A DNA stretch of 64,000 nucleotides from Clostridia bacterium (GTDB taxonomy: Bacteria > Bacillota > Clostridia > Oscillospirales > SIG627), in contig JAFQMA010000044.1 of assembly GCA_017414535.1 (NCBI GenBank), forward strand, positions 53,125-117,124, written 5' to 3'. A program made the position numbers and the translations under genes. The notes under the pieces are model-generated. The model was not told the origin of the DNA. It saw only the letters and a list, made by a program, of their open reading frames with translations, and searched no databases. Position 1 is the first letter of the stretch. Each line of letters begins with the position of its first letter. Below, in pieces: positions 17,530 to 25,163 of the stretch.

Positions 17530-17673
17530 TTATTCAGTAATGACACGAATGGCGCGAAAGGGCTGAAAGGGCAGGTCCTGACTGAGTCCAAGCTCTGCCA
17601 TGACCTTTTCCGTCCTGAAATCGCATACTTTGAGAGCAGGCGCGGAATAGTCTTTATTCTTTTCTTGAATCAT
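17530..17673 (-). CDS. unannotated 47-aa ORF (MIQEKNKDYSAPALKVCDFRTEKVMAELGLSQDLPFQPFRAIRVITE)
   Basis: Below the ORF-track size cutoff; translated by hand. AAAGGAGGAAAAGGAA lies directly upstream of the ATG. It starts 18 nt after the giant-gene stop and its own stop is 8 nt before a strong terminator. Confidence 0.6.
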   Translation of the reverse strand: MIQEKNKDYSAPALKVCDFRTEKVMAELGLSQDLPFQPFRAIRVITE

Positions 17674-17691
17674 TTCCTTTTCCTCCTTTTC

Positions 17692-20600
17692 TCAATCTAC
17701 TAAGATGCCGTTGTAAACGGTAACCAGCTCACCGGTGGAAAGCTGAGCCCTAACAATGACCGTGTGATTTCCGTCGGCGTAGGGGGTGTACTGACCTTCG
17801 GTGGCGCCCAGCGTCCAATTCCAAGGTACGCCGGTACCGATCTCGGTGGGATCACCCAAATACACGTTACGCTTATCACGCATCTGATAGGTGTACTGAT
17901 AGTTGTTGAAGACACCGTTGGTGTGATCGATATAACCGGTGGTGGAATAGAAGTATTCCTCCGTCACGGCAGATCCATTCTTGATCTGCACCACGAGAGC
18001 GGCGATGGGATAGTTGCTGTCAACGGAGTACACGTGGAGCAGCTCGTTTACGGTGACGGTGCTTGCCGTGACCTTTTTGTTTGTATCGTTAGCGACGATA
18101 TAATTGACATAGCTCTTTTCCACGGGAGAATAAAGCTCGTGGTCGGTGGGCAGGAATTCGGGAATGGTAAAAGGAATATAGCCGGTGTTATAGAGGTTTT
18201 CAAAGGTGTAGGATCTGATACCGCCCGACTGCTCAATGACCGTGACCTTACTGCTCTTCAGGGTGGAGCTGAGGGTGACGCCTACGACCATTCTGACGTG
18301 GCCCCCACCCGCGCTCTGGGTTACCGCAGAGCCGTCTGCAAGGACGGTGCCGTAGTTTTGAACGAGACCGTCGCCCTTTTGCAGGAGCTGATAGGCCGCA
18401 TAAACGTCGTTTGTGCCAACAGACGCAAGGAAGTCCGTCGTTGCGAGAGAGAAGTGAGCATCGCCGTTATAGGTGGTCAGCGCCTTTGCTCTCAGCGCAT
18501 CGCCCAGATAGTAAGCACCGAATTGAGGCAGAACGTTGGATGTGCCGGTCCATCTTACCTGATCGGACACGGACGACCATGCCCAGGCAGTGGAGGCGGA
18601 GCACTGATTACCGAAGGCTACCTTACCCAGATTTTCAGCCGCCGTATTTCCGTACTGACTCAGCAGATCCGAAACGCTGTTCAGCGTAAAGCTTGAGCCA
18701 TTGTAGTAATGGAGGAAGGTATACAACGAGTTATAGGACGAGGTTGAGTAGGGCATACCCTGATAGACCGTATTTGCGGTGTGGGAAATAGCATCGTTAC
18801 CAAGGAAAGTATTGAACGCGGTGGGTGCCTTCCACTTAACACCCATGGTCATATTCATGGTCTGGAAGGCGATCTCACGAAGCTCGGAGGGGGTCATATA
18901 ATCCGTTGCAACGGGAAGCGAATACTTCGTGCTTGAGGGATCGGGAGTCAGCTGACCGTTGGCATCCTGATAAACGGGAGTGCCGGGGGTATAAGAAAAG
19001 TCCTTCAGAGCGGAAACCAGCTTACCCGTGGTAAACTCGCGCTTCTGACCGTTGGCAAGGCGAACGGTGAGCTTTACGGTATAGCCCATGCCGACGAAGG
19101 CATCGTAGTCCTCAGGCTCGGCACCAAGGTCGGTATGAACGTCATCGGTCCTCAGAGAAACGATGGCAGCGCTCTTACCGTGGTAGTTGACCTGATAGCC
19201 CCACAGATCGGCGGAGCTGAGATTATAGAAGAGCTTTGCTACCTGCGCGGAGCCGTTCATGATCTGTACGGTCACGTCAGAAATGGCGTGAGTAGAGGCG
19301 ATCTTGGCCTGAAGCAGATCCGAAACAGTCAGATCTGCCGTGCCCTGTGCGGAGAAGGTGGTGGTATCGCTCTGCACCTTGGAGGGATTGGAATAAACCT
19401 CTAAGGTAAAGGGCACGTAGCCGTGCTCAAAGAAGAATTCAAAGGAATAGGCAGAGGCATAGCCGGGAGCAAGATGAAGATCCGTTCCGTTGTAATCGGA
19501 GATGGGACGGTCGCCCGTGGTCTGATGCTGAACGTAGATCATACCGTTTTCCACGTCCACGTAATCCACCATCATAAAGTGGCGGTAAGCGTGAACGGAG
19601 GTGGCGACGCCGTCACCGTGCTTGAGCTTTGCATACGACTGCACCATGCCGCGGTAGCCGATCTCGTCACAAAGATCCTTGGTGGAGGGAAGGGTATCAT
19701 CTGCGGTACCGTTGCCCCATTTGTTGGCATTGACAAGCTCGGAATGGGCGGCAAAGGCATCCCCGACGGCGCCGAGGAGGATCGCACCTCTGCCGGGAAC
19801 GAAGGTAGTAGTAGCGGCCCAGCGCACGTCATTGGACACTCTGGCCCAAGCCCAATAGGAGCCGGACAGGCAATGGTTACCCATAACGGCACCCACGTTA
19901 GACATGGAGGCGGTATCCATCACGCCGGTGGACTCGTTGTAATAGTGCATAGCCTGATACAGGCCGGCATAGCCACCTGATACGTAAGGCAGACCGCCGT
20001 AGAGCTTACCTGCCGTGTAATTACGGGTGGTAGCGCCTGTGTAGAGGCCGAAATTGCTGTTGGGCTTCCAGCCGAAATTAAGCTCCAAGGTGAAGAAGTT
20101 GTAGGCAAGATCGCGAAGCTGATCACCTGACATGGAGGAATTGGCAACGGGGAAGGAATCAAGCTTTGCGCTCGTCAGGGTCTCACCGGGGGTAAAGGCG
20201 ACGTTGGGGGAGGTATAGGCGGCGGAGATCAGATCTCCCTTATAAGCCAAGACCTCTTCTCCGTGGGCAGACTGCACACGAAGCTCCACGGTATAGCCCA
20301 GACCCTCGTACTGCTCCAGGACGGGAACGAGGCCGGTCTCCCCTACTCCGTAAACAGAGGCACCCATGCCTACGCCGAGCTGAAGGCTCTTAATGGCATA
20401 AGACTCTGCCTTGGGGAAATAAACGTAGCGGTAGACCTCGCGGCCTGCAGTGTTGCGCACGGTCACGGTTGCGTGGGACATATTATAGTTGGAGGTCACG
20501 GTCTGAGAAGCAAATTCCTGCGCGGTAACGGCGGATTTTTTCAGATCGGACTGCAGCTGCAGAGCCTCCACGTCGTCGGTGCCGTGAAATTCGGGAAGGC

Positions 20601-22962
20601 TGAAGGGCAGGTAGCGCGTGGCATCGCGCACACCCGTGCTTTCGCCGTTTTCGTCGTAGATCACGTTGCCGAAGGCCAGCACGTAATAAGGCGTGCTGCT
20701 CACGGGTACGACGCCGTTGGCGTGATAGGTGATATCAACACCGTTTTCCTGCTTCACAGTGGTGGTCACGCTGGAGCCGGACTCATCGATAAAGTAAACG
20801 CGGCTTTGGCGGCGATCTTCATTCTTTTCCACGCGGGTAACGATGCGGACGTGACCGTTGGAGCCGTCAGAATAAATGAGACCGTCACCGGGCTTGAGCT
20901 GATCGTAGGCATCGTAGAGGACCTCAACGTTTGCCCTTTTCTGGGCTTCTACGATGGTGTAAACGTTATAATCGGGAGTAAAGCTGTAAACTCCGTCCTT
21001 GTTTTCCAGCTTCGAGGAATCGATCGCGTAGTCTCCGAGCTTTACGGTGCCGTTTTGGCCGGGCACGATGGAAGAGGTGCCGGCGAAGGAAAGCGCATCG
21101 GATACACGGGACCAGGCCCAGAAGGCGGAGGCGGAGCACTGGGCACCGATAATATCGTAAGCAAGACCCACGTCCGTTCCGCGATCGGACAGGCCGAACT
21201 GCTTCACCTTCAGGGTGCCCGTGTAGGGATCGTACAGCTCCATGGCCTTATAGATATTGCCGTAGCTGGAATTGCAGTAGGGCAGGCCGCCGTAGACCGT
21301 TCCTGCATTCAGGGGCCATTGAGACGAGGGGCCTGCGTAGTGGTTAAAGCTTGCATCGGGGGTAAAGGCCAAGGAGAGCTGAAGGGTCATCAGATCCACC
21401 ACCAGAGCACGAAGCTCATCCTCCGTCATTTTGGAGGAGGCAAAGGGCAGGATGGCAAGGCTCTCCTTATAATCGTAGGCGTTATCCACGTCGTTGGAGA
21501 AGTTCATGGCGGAGGCGCCGTAATTCATCATGCGATCCATCAGCTCCCACAGATCCTCTTCTGCCGTCAAGAGCGAATTGGAAACGTAGGATTCCGCACT
21601 GAAGCGGAGGGTATCACTGACAGGGGTGCCGTTTTCATCGCAGACGGTAAAGAGATAGGGGCGGAACAGATCGCGGGCACCCATATCAAGCTTTGCCTGA
21701 TAGCCGTAGGGGGTGACGCCAAGTGCTTTGTTTTCCACGGTAGTTACGGCGTTGCCGTCCTCGTCGGTAACGACCACCTTGTAGTTACCGTCAACCTCAG
21801 TGCTGAAATAGAGGAAAAGGGCAATGTTTTCACTGAGGTTCAGATTGGAGCCGAGGAAGCTTGCCTTGGGAGAGGAAACGGTGCGATAAGCAAGATCCTG
21901 AACGGAATCGTAATTGTAGCGTCCCGCGGGGGTAGCCAGTGCCAGGAAATCTGCCGTCAAGCCCTCGGTCACGGCAGGAGAGGTTACAAGGGCATCGGTC
22001 TTATAGGATACGTACTCCTGAGCGGCGGCACCGTAATAGAGGATATCCATGCAAAGTCGCTTAAAATCCTCTACCGTGCCCGCGCCGTGAGCGGCAGTGT
22101 ACCAATCCGTATCACCCTCGGCCAAGCGCTTGGTGCCCTCTGCACAGTACTGCGCCACACTGAAGGTCTTTTCCACGGTATAGGTCCTACCGAGCTTTGC
22201 GGAGAGAACAGCCGTGACGGGCTCACCCAAATAGTAGGGGGCAATATTATCAAAGGAGAAAACGAGATAATCGCCCTCTCGTCTGCAGGCAGACGTAAAG
22301 GTCTTACCCAGGAAACGAAAATCAACCTTTACGCCGGTAAAGCCGCAGTCCAAAACATCTGCGGAAACGTAATACTCCAGCGTAAAATCATCCTGCAGGG
22401 AGATGCTGGAGCCGTAGAAGTCAAGCTCGCCCTCCACACCGTTAAATACGATAAATTCCCAGCCCTTTGCCGCGGCAAAGGCCTGAGCGGTGGAGCCCTC
22501 CAGACCCATGATAACGGGAGCGCAACCGGGTGCAAAGGCATTTTCATCGATCACGACGGTGGCGGAATGGAAGACGGCACGCTCCAGGGAGGGATACTCC
22601 TTAAAGGCATCGGCCGCCACGGCGGTCACCTCGTAGGTCTTCATACGAACGGCTACCGTCGCAGGAACAGACACCACGTTATAATGCAGGTTGGCGCCGG
22701 TCACAGTGGCGGTTTTTTCCACTTCGTTGAAGGAATAGAAGATCTCGTCGTCAAAGGGGCGGATGACGGTCTCGTCACCAACTTCCGAGGGGGGGAGAAG
22801 ATCGTCTACGGTGATATCCGGCTCGGGAAGAGGCAGAAACCCCGTTTCGTCTCCCACGATGCCTTCGCTGTCAAGCAAGATGGCAAACACGCCCAGTGGG
22901 AGCATGCTCATCACCAAGACCAGCGCAAGAAGAGTCAGCAGCACTTTTTTCATGCTTTTCAT
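17692..22962 (-). CDS. giant secreted protein: signal peptide + LRR-like region + unknown region + three tandem family modules
   Basis: 1756 aa. Type-I signal peptide MKSMKKVLLTLLALVLVMSMLPLGVFA. Cys motifs GAQCSAS (C609), GNHCLSG (C1031) and GNQCSAS (C1454). His motifs SNGHVRIV, YRHFMMV and GGGHVRMV. Confidence 0.9.
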   Translation of the reverse strand: MKSMKKVLLTLLALVLVMSMLPLGVFAILLDSEGIVGDETGFLPLPEPDITVDDLLPPSEVGDETVIRPFDDEIFYSFNEVEKTATVTGANLHYNVVSVPATVAVRMKTYEVTAVAADAFKEYPSLERAVFHSATVVIDENAFAPGCAPVIMGLEGSTAQAFAAAKGWEFIVFNGVEGELDFYGSSISLQDDFTLEYYVSADVLDCGFTGVKVDFRFLGKTFTSACRREGDYLVFSFDNIAPYYLGEPVTAVLSAKLGRTYTVEKTFSVAQYCAEGTKRLAEGDTDWYTAAHGAGTVEDFKRLCMDILYYGAAAQEYVSYKTDALVTSPAVTEGLTADFLALATPAGRYNYDSVQDLAYRTVSSPKASFLGSNLNLSENIALFLYFSTEVDGNYKVVVTDEDGNAVTTVENKALGVTPYGYQAKLDMGARDLFRPYLFTVCDENGTPVSDTLRFSAESYVSNSLLTAEEDLWELMDRMMNYGASAMNFSNDVDNAYDYKESLAILPFASSKMTEDELRALVVDLMTLQLSLAFTPDASFNHYAGPSSQWPLNAGTVYGGLPYCNSSYGNIYKAMELYDPYTGTLKVKQFGLSDRGTDVGLAYDIIGAQCSASAFWAWSRVSDALSFAGTSSIVPGQNGTVKLGDYAIDSSKLENKDGVYSFTPDYNVYTIVEAQKRANVEVLYDAYDQLKPGDGLIYSDGSNGHVRIVTRVEKNEDRRQSRVYFIDESGSSVTTTVKQENGVDITYHANGVVPVSSTPYYVLAFGNVIYDENGESTGVRDATRYLPFSLPEFHGTDDVEALQLQSDLKKSAVTAQEFASQTVTSNYNMSHATVTVRNTAGREVYRYVYFPKAESYAIKSLQLGVGMGASVYGVGETGLVPVLEQYEGLGYTVELRVQSAHGEEVLAYKGDLISAAYTSPNVAFTPGETLTSAKLDSFPVANSSMSGDQLRDLAYNFFTLELNFGWKPNSNFGLYTGATTRNYTAGKLYGGLPYVSGGYAGLYQAMHYYNESTGVMDTASMSNVGAVMGNHCLSGSYWAWARVSNDVRWAATTTFVPGRGAILLGAVGDAFAAHSELVNANKWGNGTADDTLPSTKDLCDEIGYRGMVQSYAKLKHGDGVATSVHAYRHFMMVDYVDVENGMIYVQHQTTGDRPISDYNGTDLHLAPGYASAYSFEFFFEHGYVPFTLEVYSNPSKVQSDTTTFSAQGTADLTVSDLLQAKIASTHAISDVTVQIMNGSAQVAKLFYNLSSADLWGYQVNYHGKSAAIVSLRTDDVHTDLGAEPEDYDAFVGMGYTVKLTVRLANGQKREFTTGKLVSALKDFSYTPGTPVYQDANGQLTPDPSSTKYSLPVATDYMTPSELREIAFQTMNMTMGVKWKAPTAFNTFLGNDAISHTANTVYQGMPYSTSSYNSLYTFLHYYNGSSFTLNSVSDLLSQYGNTAAENLGKVAFGNQCSASTAWAWSSVSDQVRWTGTSNVLPQFGAYYLGDALRAKALTTYNGDAHFSLATTDFLASVGTNDVYAAYQLLQKGDGLVQNYGTVLADGSAVTQSAGGGHVRMVVGVTLSSTLKSSKVTVIEQSGGIRSYTFENLYNTGYIPFTIPEFLPTDHELYSPVEKSYVNYIVANDTNKKVTASTVTVNELLHVYSVDSNYPIAALVVQIKNGSAVTEEYFYSTTGYIDHTNGVFNNYQYTYQMRDKRNVYLGDPTEIGTGVPWNWTLGATEGQYTPYADGNHTVIVRAQLSTGELVTVYNGILVD
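17695..19011 (-). other. giant protein family module 3 (aa ~1318-1756)
   Basis: LPVATDYMTPSELREIAFQTMNMTMGVKW, YQGMPYSTSSYNSLY, GNQCSASTAWAWSSVSD, GGGHVRMV, GYIPFTIPEF and LSTGELVTVYNGILV. Confidence 0.8.
19012..20223 (-). other. giant protein family module 2 (aa ~914-1317)
   Basis: FPVANSSMSGDQLRDLAYNFFTLELNFGW, YGGLPYVSGGYAGLY, GNHCLSGSYWAWARVSN, GDGVATSVHAYRHFMMV, VQHQTTG and GYVPFTLEVY. Confidence 0.8.
20224..21474 (-). other. giant protein family module 1 (aa ~497-913)
   Basis: LPFASSKMTEDELRALVVDLMTLQL, YGGLPYCNSSYGNIY, GAQCSASAFWAWSRVSD, GDGLIYSDGSNGHVRIV and YLPFSLPEF. Confidence 0.8.
22444..22740 (-). other. BspA-type leucine-rich-repeat-like segment of the giant protein (aa ~75-173)
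   Basis: VSVPATV..YEVTAVAADAFKEYPSLERAVFHSATVVIDENAFAPGC..GSTAQAFAAAKGWEF resembles LRR_5-type surface-protein repeats. Recognised by eye only. Confidence 0.45.
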
Positions 22963-23042
22963 TTTGTTCCTCCGTCTGTCTTTCGACCGATTGTATTTTA
23001 TATGGGGGTCATATCAAAAGAAATAAACAAAAACACGATTTT

Positions 23043-23072
23043 AGTATATCATAAGCAAGGCGCTTATGTCAA
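23043..23072 (-). promoter_or_regulatory. near-consensus sigma-A promoter of the giant gene
   Basis: Minus strand: TTGACA (23072..23067), 18-nt spacer, TATACT (23048..23043). About 70-nt leader to ATG 22962. Confidence 0.65.
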
Positions 23073-23168
23073 CTATGCACAAACAGAAAAACCGCGTAAA
23101 GCATTTTTTCTTATTCCCCCTCTTTTTTTAAAAATTCAGCAAGAAACAGGTTATTTCAAGAAAAACAC

Positions 23169-23197
23169 TTGACAAACATGCATCGGGGGGTTATACT
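23169..23197 (+). promoter_or_regulatory. near-consensus sigma-A promoter of the mini-lipoprotein gene
   Basis: TTGACA (23169..23174), 17-nt spacer, TATACT (23192..23197). GAGGAG Shine-Dalgarno before ATG 23236. Confidence 0.65.
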
Positions 23198-23235
23198 TTG
23201 AGTAGTGAAAATATGATATTCGAGGAGTTATTTCC

Positions 23236-23451
23236 ATGAAAAGAATTCTTCCCATCGTAATGGTCCTTACCATGCTCCTTCTGGTTCTGCTTTCCTGCGC
23301 ACCCGAAGAGACCCCCACCACAACCGCACCCGCTACCGAAACCACCGAAGAGGTCACCACGACCACTACGGCTCCCTCCACCACCTCCAAGAGACTTTCT
23401 ATGGGCATCGACGAGGCTGACGAGGGCTGGGCATTCTGGACTGAGCACTGA
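23236..23451 (+). CDS. 71-aa mini-lipoprotein: signal peptide, lipobox, Thr/Pro-rich linker and a 21-aa tail
   Basis: MKRILPIVMVLTMLLLVLLSC + APEETPTTTAPATETTEEVTTTTTAPSTTS + KRLSMGIDEADEGWAFWTEH. Has its own promoter, Shine-Dalgarno and terminator. Confidence 0.65.
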   Translation: MKRILPIVMVLTMLLLVLLSCAPEETPTTTAPATETTEEVTTTTTAPSTTSKRLSMGIDEADEGWAFWTEH

Positions 23452-23465
23452 TTTTTGATATGCAT

Positions 23466-23499
23466 AAAAAAGAGAGACGGATACCGTCTCTCTTTTTTT
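23466..23499. terminator. bidirectional terminator between convergent genes
   Basis: AGAGAGACGG-ata-CCGTCTCTCT, flanked by an A-run and a T-run. Confidence 0.85.
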
Positions 23500-23504
23500 C
23501 ATTT

Positions 23505-25067
23505 TTACAGGCAAAAATGCAGAACTCGCGGCAGTGCTTCGTCGGACAGACCGTTTTCCTCCTGCACAAGGTGCGGTGACACGTGATATTTCTTGCAGAT
23601 GCTCCACAGGCTCTCCCCTTCCTCGGGATAGAGATAGACCAGTCCCTCCTCACGGCGGGGGAGCCTTTCTCCGCGAGACAGTGAGCTCACCGTTTTTCTT
23701 TTTTCCTTCAGGAAAAGCGCCGCGTAGCCGCAAAGCTCAAAGCGAAGCTTTACCTTGCCCGCCTCTACCGCAAGATCGGGAGAACGGGTGACGGTGGCGA
23801 TCTCAATGCGGCATTCTCTATCCGGCAGGGTCAGCCCCTGCAAGGGAGGAAGCGTGACGCGACTTTCACGGGTGCCCTCCATTTTGACCGTTTCTCCGTC
23901 GGCAGTGATTCCGAGGCAGGAAAAGCAAAGCTTTCCGTCCAAAAGAAGCTTTCCCTCGGCAAGGGCGGCCTCCCGCACGCGGAATTCCGCTGTCACTGCC
24001 TCGGTACGTACGATCCCCTCGGTGGGAAATTCGATCTCTTCCCTTCTGTCCAGGCAAAACTCTCCGTTACCCAAATGAGTCTCCCAGCTTTCTTCGGCAA
24101 AGGACAGTGAGAGATCGCAATCGGTGGAAAAAGCATCCTCCAAAACAAAAAGCTTTTCCCTGCCGTAGAGCAATGCGTGAGCACTGTAGGTCATCTCTAC
24201 ACAGATGACACGCATCTCGCCGCTCTCGTCCACATCAAGATGATATTTCACCTCCTCTGCCGAGAGACGCAGATCAGCCATACTGTCCTCGCTGCACTCG
24301 GAAAGGCCCATACGGCGGGTGATCTCTACCGGCTGACAAACACTGATCAGGCTCCTTTCCTCTGCGGCAAGATAGCTGATATCCAGATCGCACAGTACGC
24401 GGAAGCTGATTCCGCCGTTTTCGCACCTGACCTGATCGGCAAAGAGGCGGGGCGTCAGAGATACGATCTCCTCCACGGGCAGACATCCCTGCGGGAGGAC
24501 CACGCGCTCCTCCAACACAAAATCGCCCTTGGTGCTGGAAAGAATGCGCGTACACGCCGCCCCCTCTCCCCGTACAAACACGTCCTTCGCACAGGGCTCT
24601 TCCACGAAAGAAAAGCTCTCGTTGGCCTTCATATCGGCCTGTAGGAAAAGATCTGCCCTCAAAAGGATCCTTCGAGGACCCATCAGCTTAAAGGAGAGAT
24701 TTTCCACCGAGGCCTCCACGGCACCGCAAAGGCTGCCCTCGTCCACTACACCGTCGGGCACGGGAGTACGGAAAGTAAAGGTAAAGCTTTCCCGGGAAGA
24801 AAAGCTTCTGACTCGATCCCGCTCCTCTTCCCCGAAATACAGAAGAGTAAGATCGAGGGCCCCCTGCACCTCCATAACGGCGGTGCCTGCCTGCAGATAC
24901 AGGCTCTTACTGCGGATCACGGGGTGGGCCTCCGGACGCAGGACCCGATGGACGCCCTCCTTATATTCGGGAAGGATCATCTCACATTCCAAGGGAAGGC
25001 GTCCGTTCCCCGGGTAAAGGCGGATCATACGAGACGCCGTTTTTAATTCAAAGGTTTCCTCTGCCAC
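23505..25067 (-). CDS. SpoVID/SipL-like spore-coat morphogenetic protein (DUF3794-type repeats + C-terminal LysM)
   Basis: 520 aa. DUF3794-like segment EMILPEYKEGVHRVLRPEAHPVIRS..VMEVQGALDLTLLYF and a C-terminal LysM-like LYPEEGESLWSICKKYHVSPHLVQEENGL. Adjacent to sigK. Confidence 0.55.
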   Translation of the reverse strand: MAEETFELKTASRMIRLYPGNGRLPLECEMILPEYKEGVHRVLRPEAHPVIRSKSLYLQAGTAVMEVQGALDLTLLYFGEEERDRVRSFSSRESFTFTFRTPVPDGVVDEGSLCGAVEASVENLSFKLMGPRRILLRADLFLQADMKANESFSFVEEPCAKDVFVRGEGAACTRILSSTKGDFVLEERVVLPQGCLPVEEIVSLTPRLFADQVRCENGGISFRVLCDLDISYLAAEERSLISVCQPVEITRRMGLSECSEDSMADLRLSAEEVKYHLDVDESGEMRVICVEMTYSAHALLYGREKLFVLEDAFSTDCDLSLSFAEESWETHLGNGEFCLDRREEIEFPTEGIVRTEAVTAEFRVREAALAEGKLLLDGKLCFSCLGITADGETVKMEGTRESRVTLPPLQGLTLPDRECRIEIATVTRSPDLAVEAGKVKLRFELCGYAALFLKEKRKTVSSLSRGERLPRREEGLVYLYPEEGESLWSICKKYHVSPHLVQEENGLSDEALPRVLHFCL

Positions 25068-25163
25068 TGTTTTCTCCGTTCTCGGTGGCTACTATATTTT
25101 GCGTACCGCCACCGTGGTACTCTGATGCATTACATCTTATGCAACCGTCCTCTGCCGTATGCC

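Noticed and set aside
17530-17673. Reading the 47-aa ORF as a lasso-peptide or other RiPP precursor because of its Y-S-A-P-A-L leader-like motif.
   Set aside because: There is no RRE/PqqD-like protein, lasso cyclase, protease or radical-SAM maturase in the window. The residue expected at the x3-Gly position is Asp. No plausible core follows (no G/A/S/C at position 1 after a Thr at -2). It is kept only as a small-ORF observation.
7052-23172. Very long plus-strand ORFs opposite the array genes: 7052..8326 (424 aa), 8310..9746 (478 aa), 9852..10949 (365 aa), 14625..17249 (874 aa) and 20263..23172 (969 aa).
   Set aside because: Their translations are low-complexity G/V/H/I/A-rich strings with no start context or Shine-Dalgarno. 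They run straight through intergenic terminators and promoters. They mirror minus-strand genes that have signal peptides, Shine-Dalgarno sequences, terminators and tenfold-conserved motifs. This is typical of shadow ORFs in GC-rich, codon-biased genes.
7100-23500. The array as a mobile genomic island, prophage remnant or diversity-generating retroelement target.
   Set aside because: No integrase, transposase, reverse transcriptase, flanking tRNA or terminal direct/inverted repeats were seen. Composition and codon style look like the flanks by eye. Variation among paralogs is spread over the whole module rather than confined to a template-like variable region.
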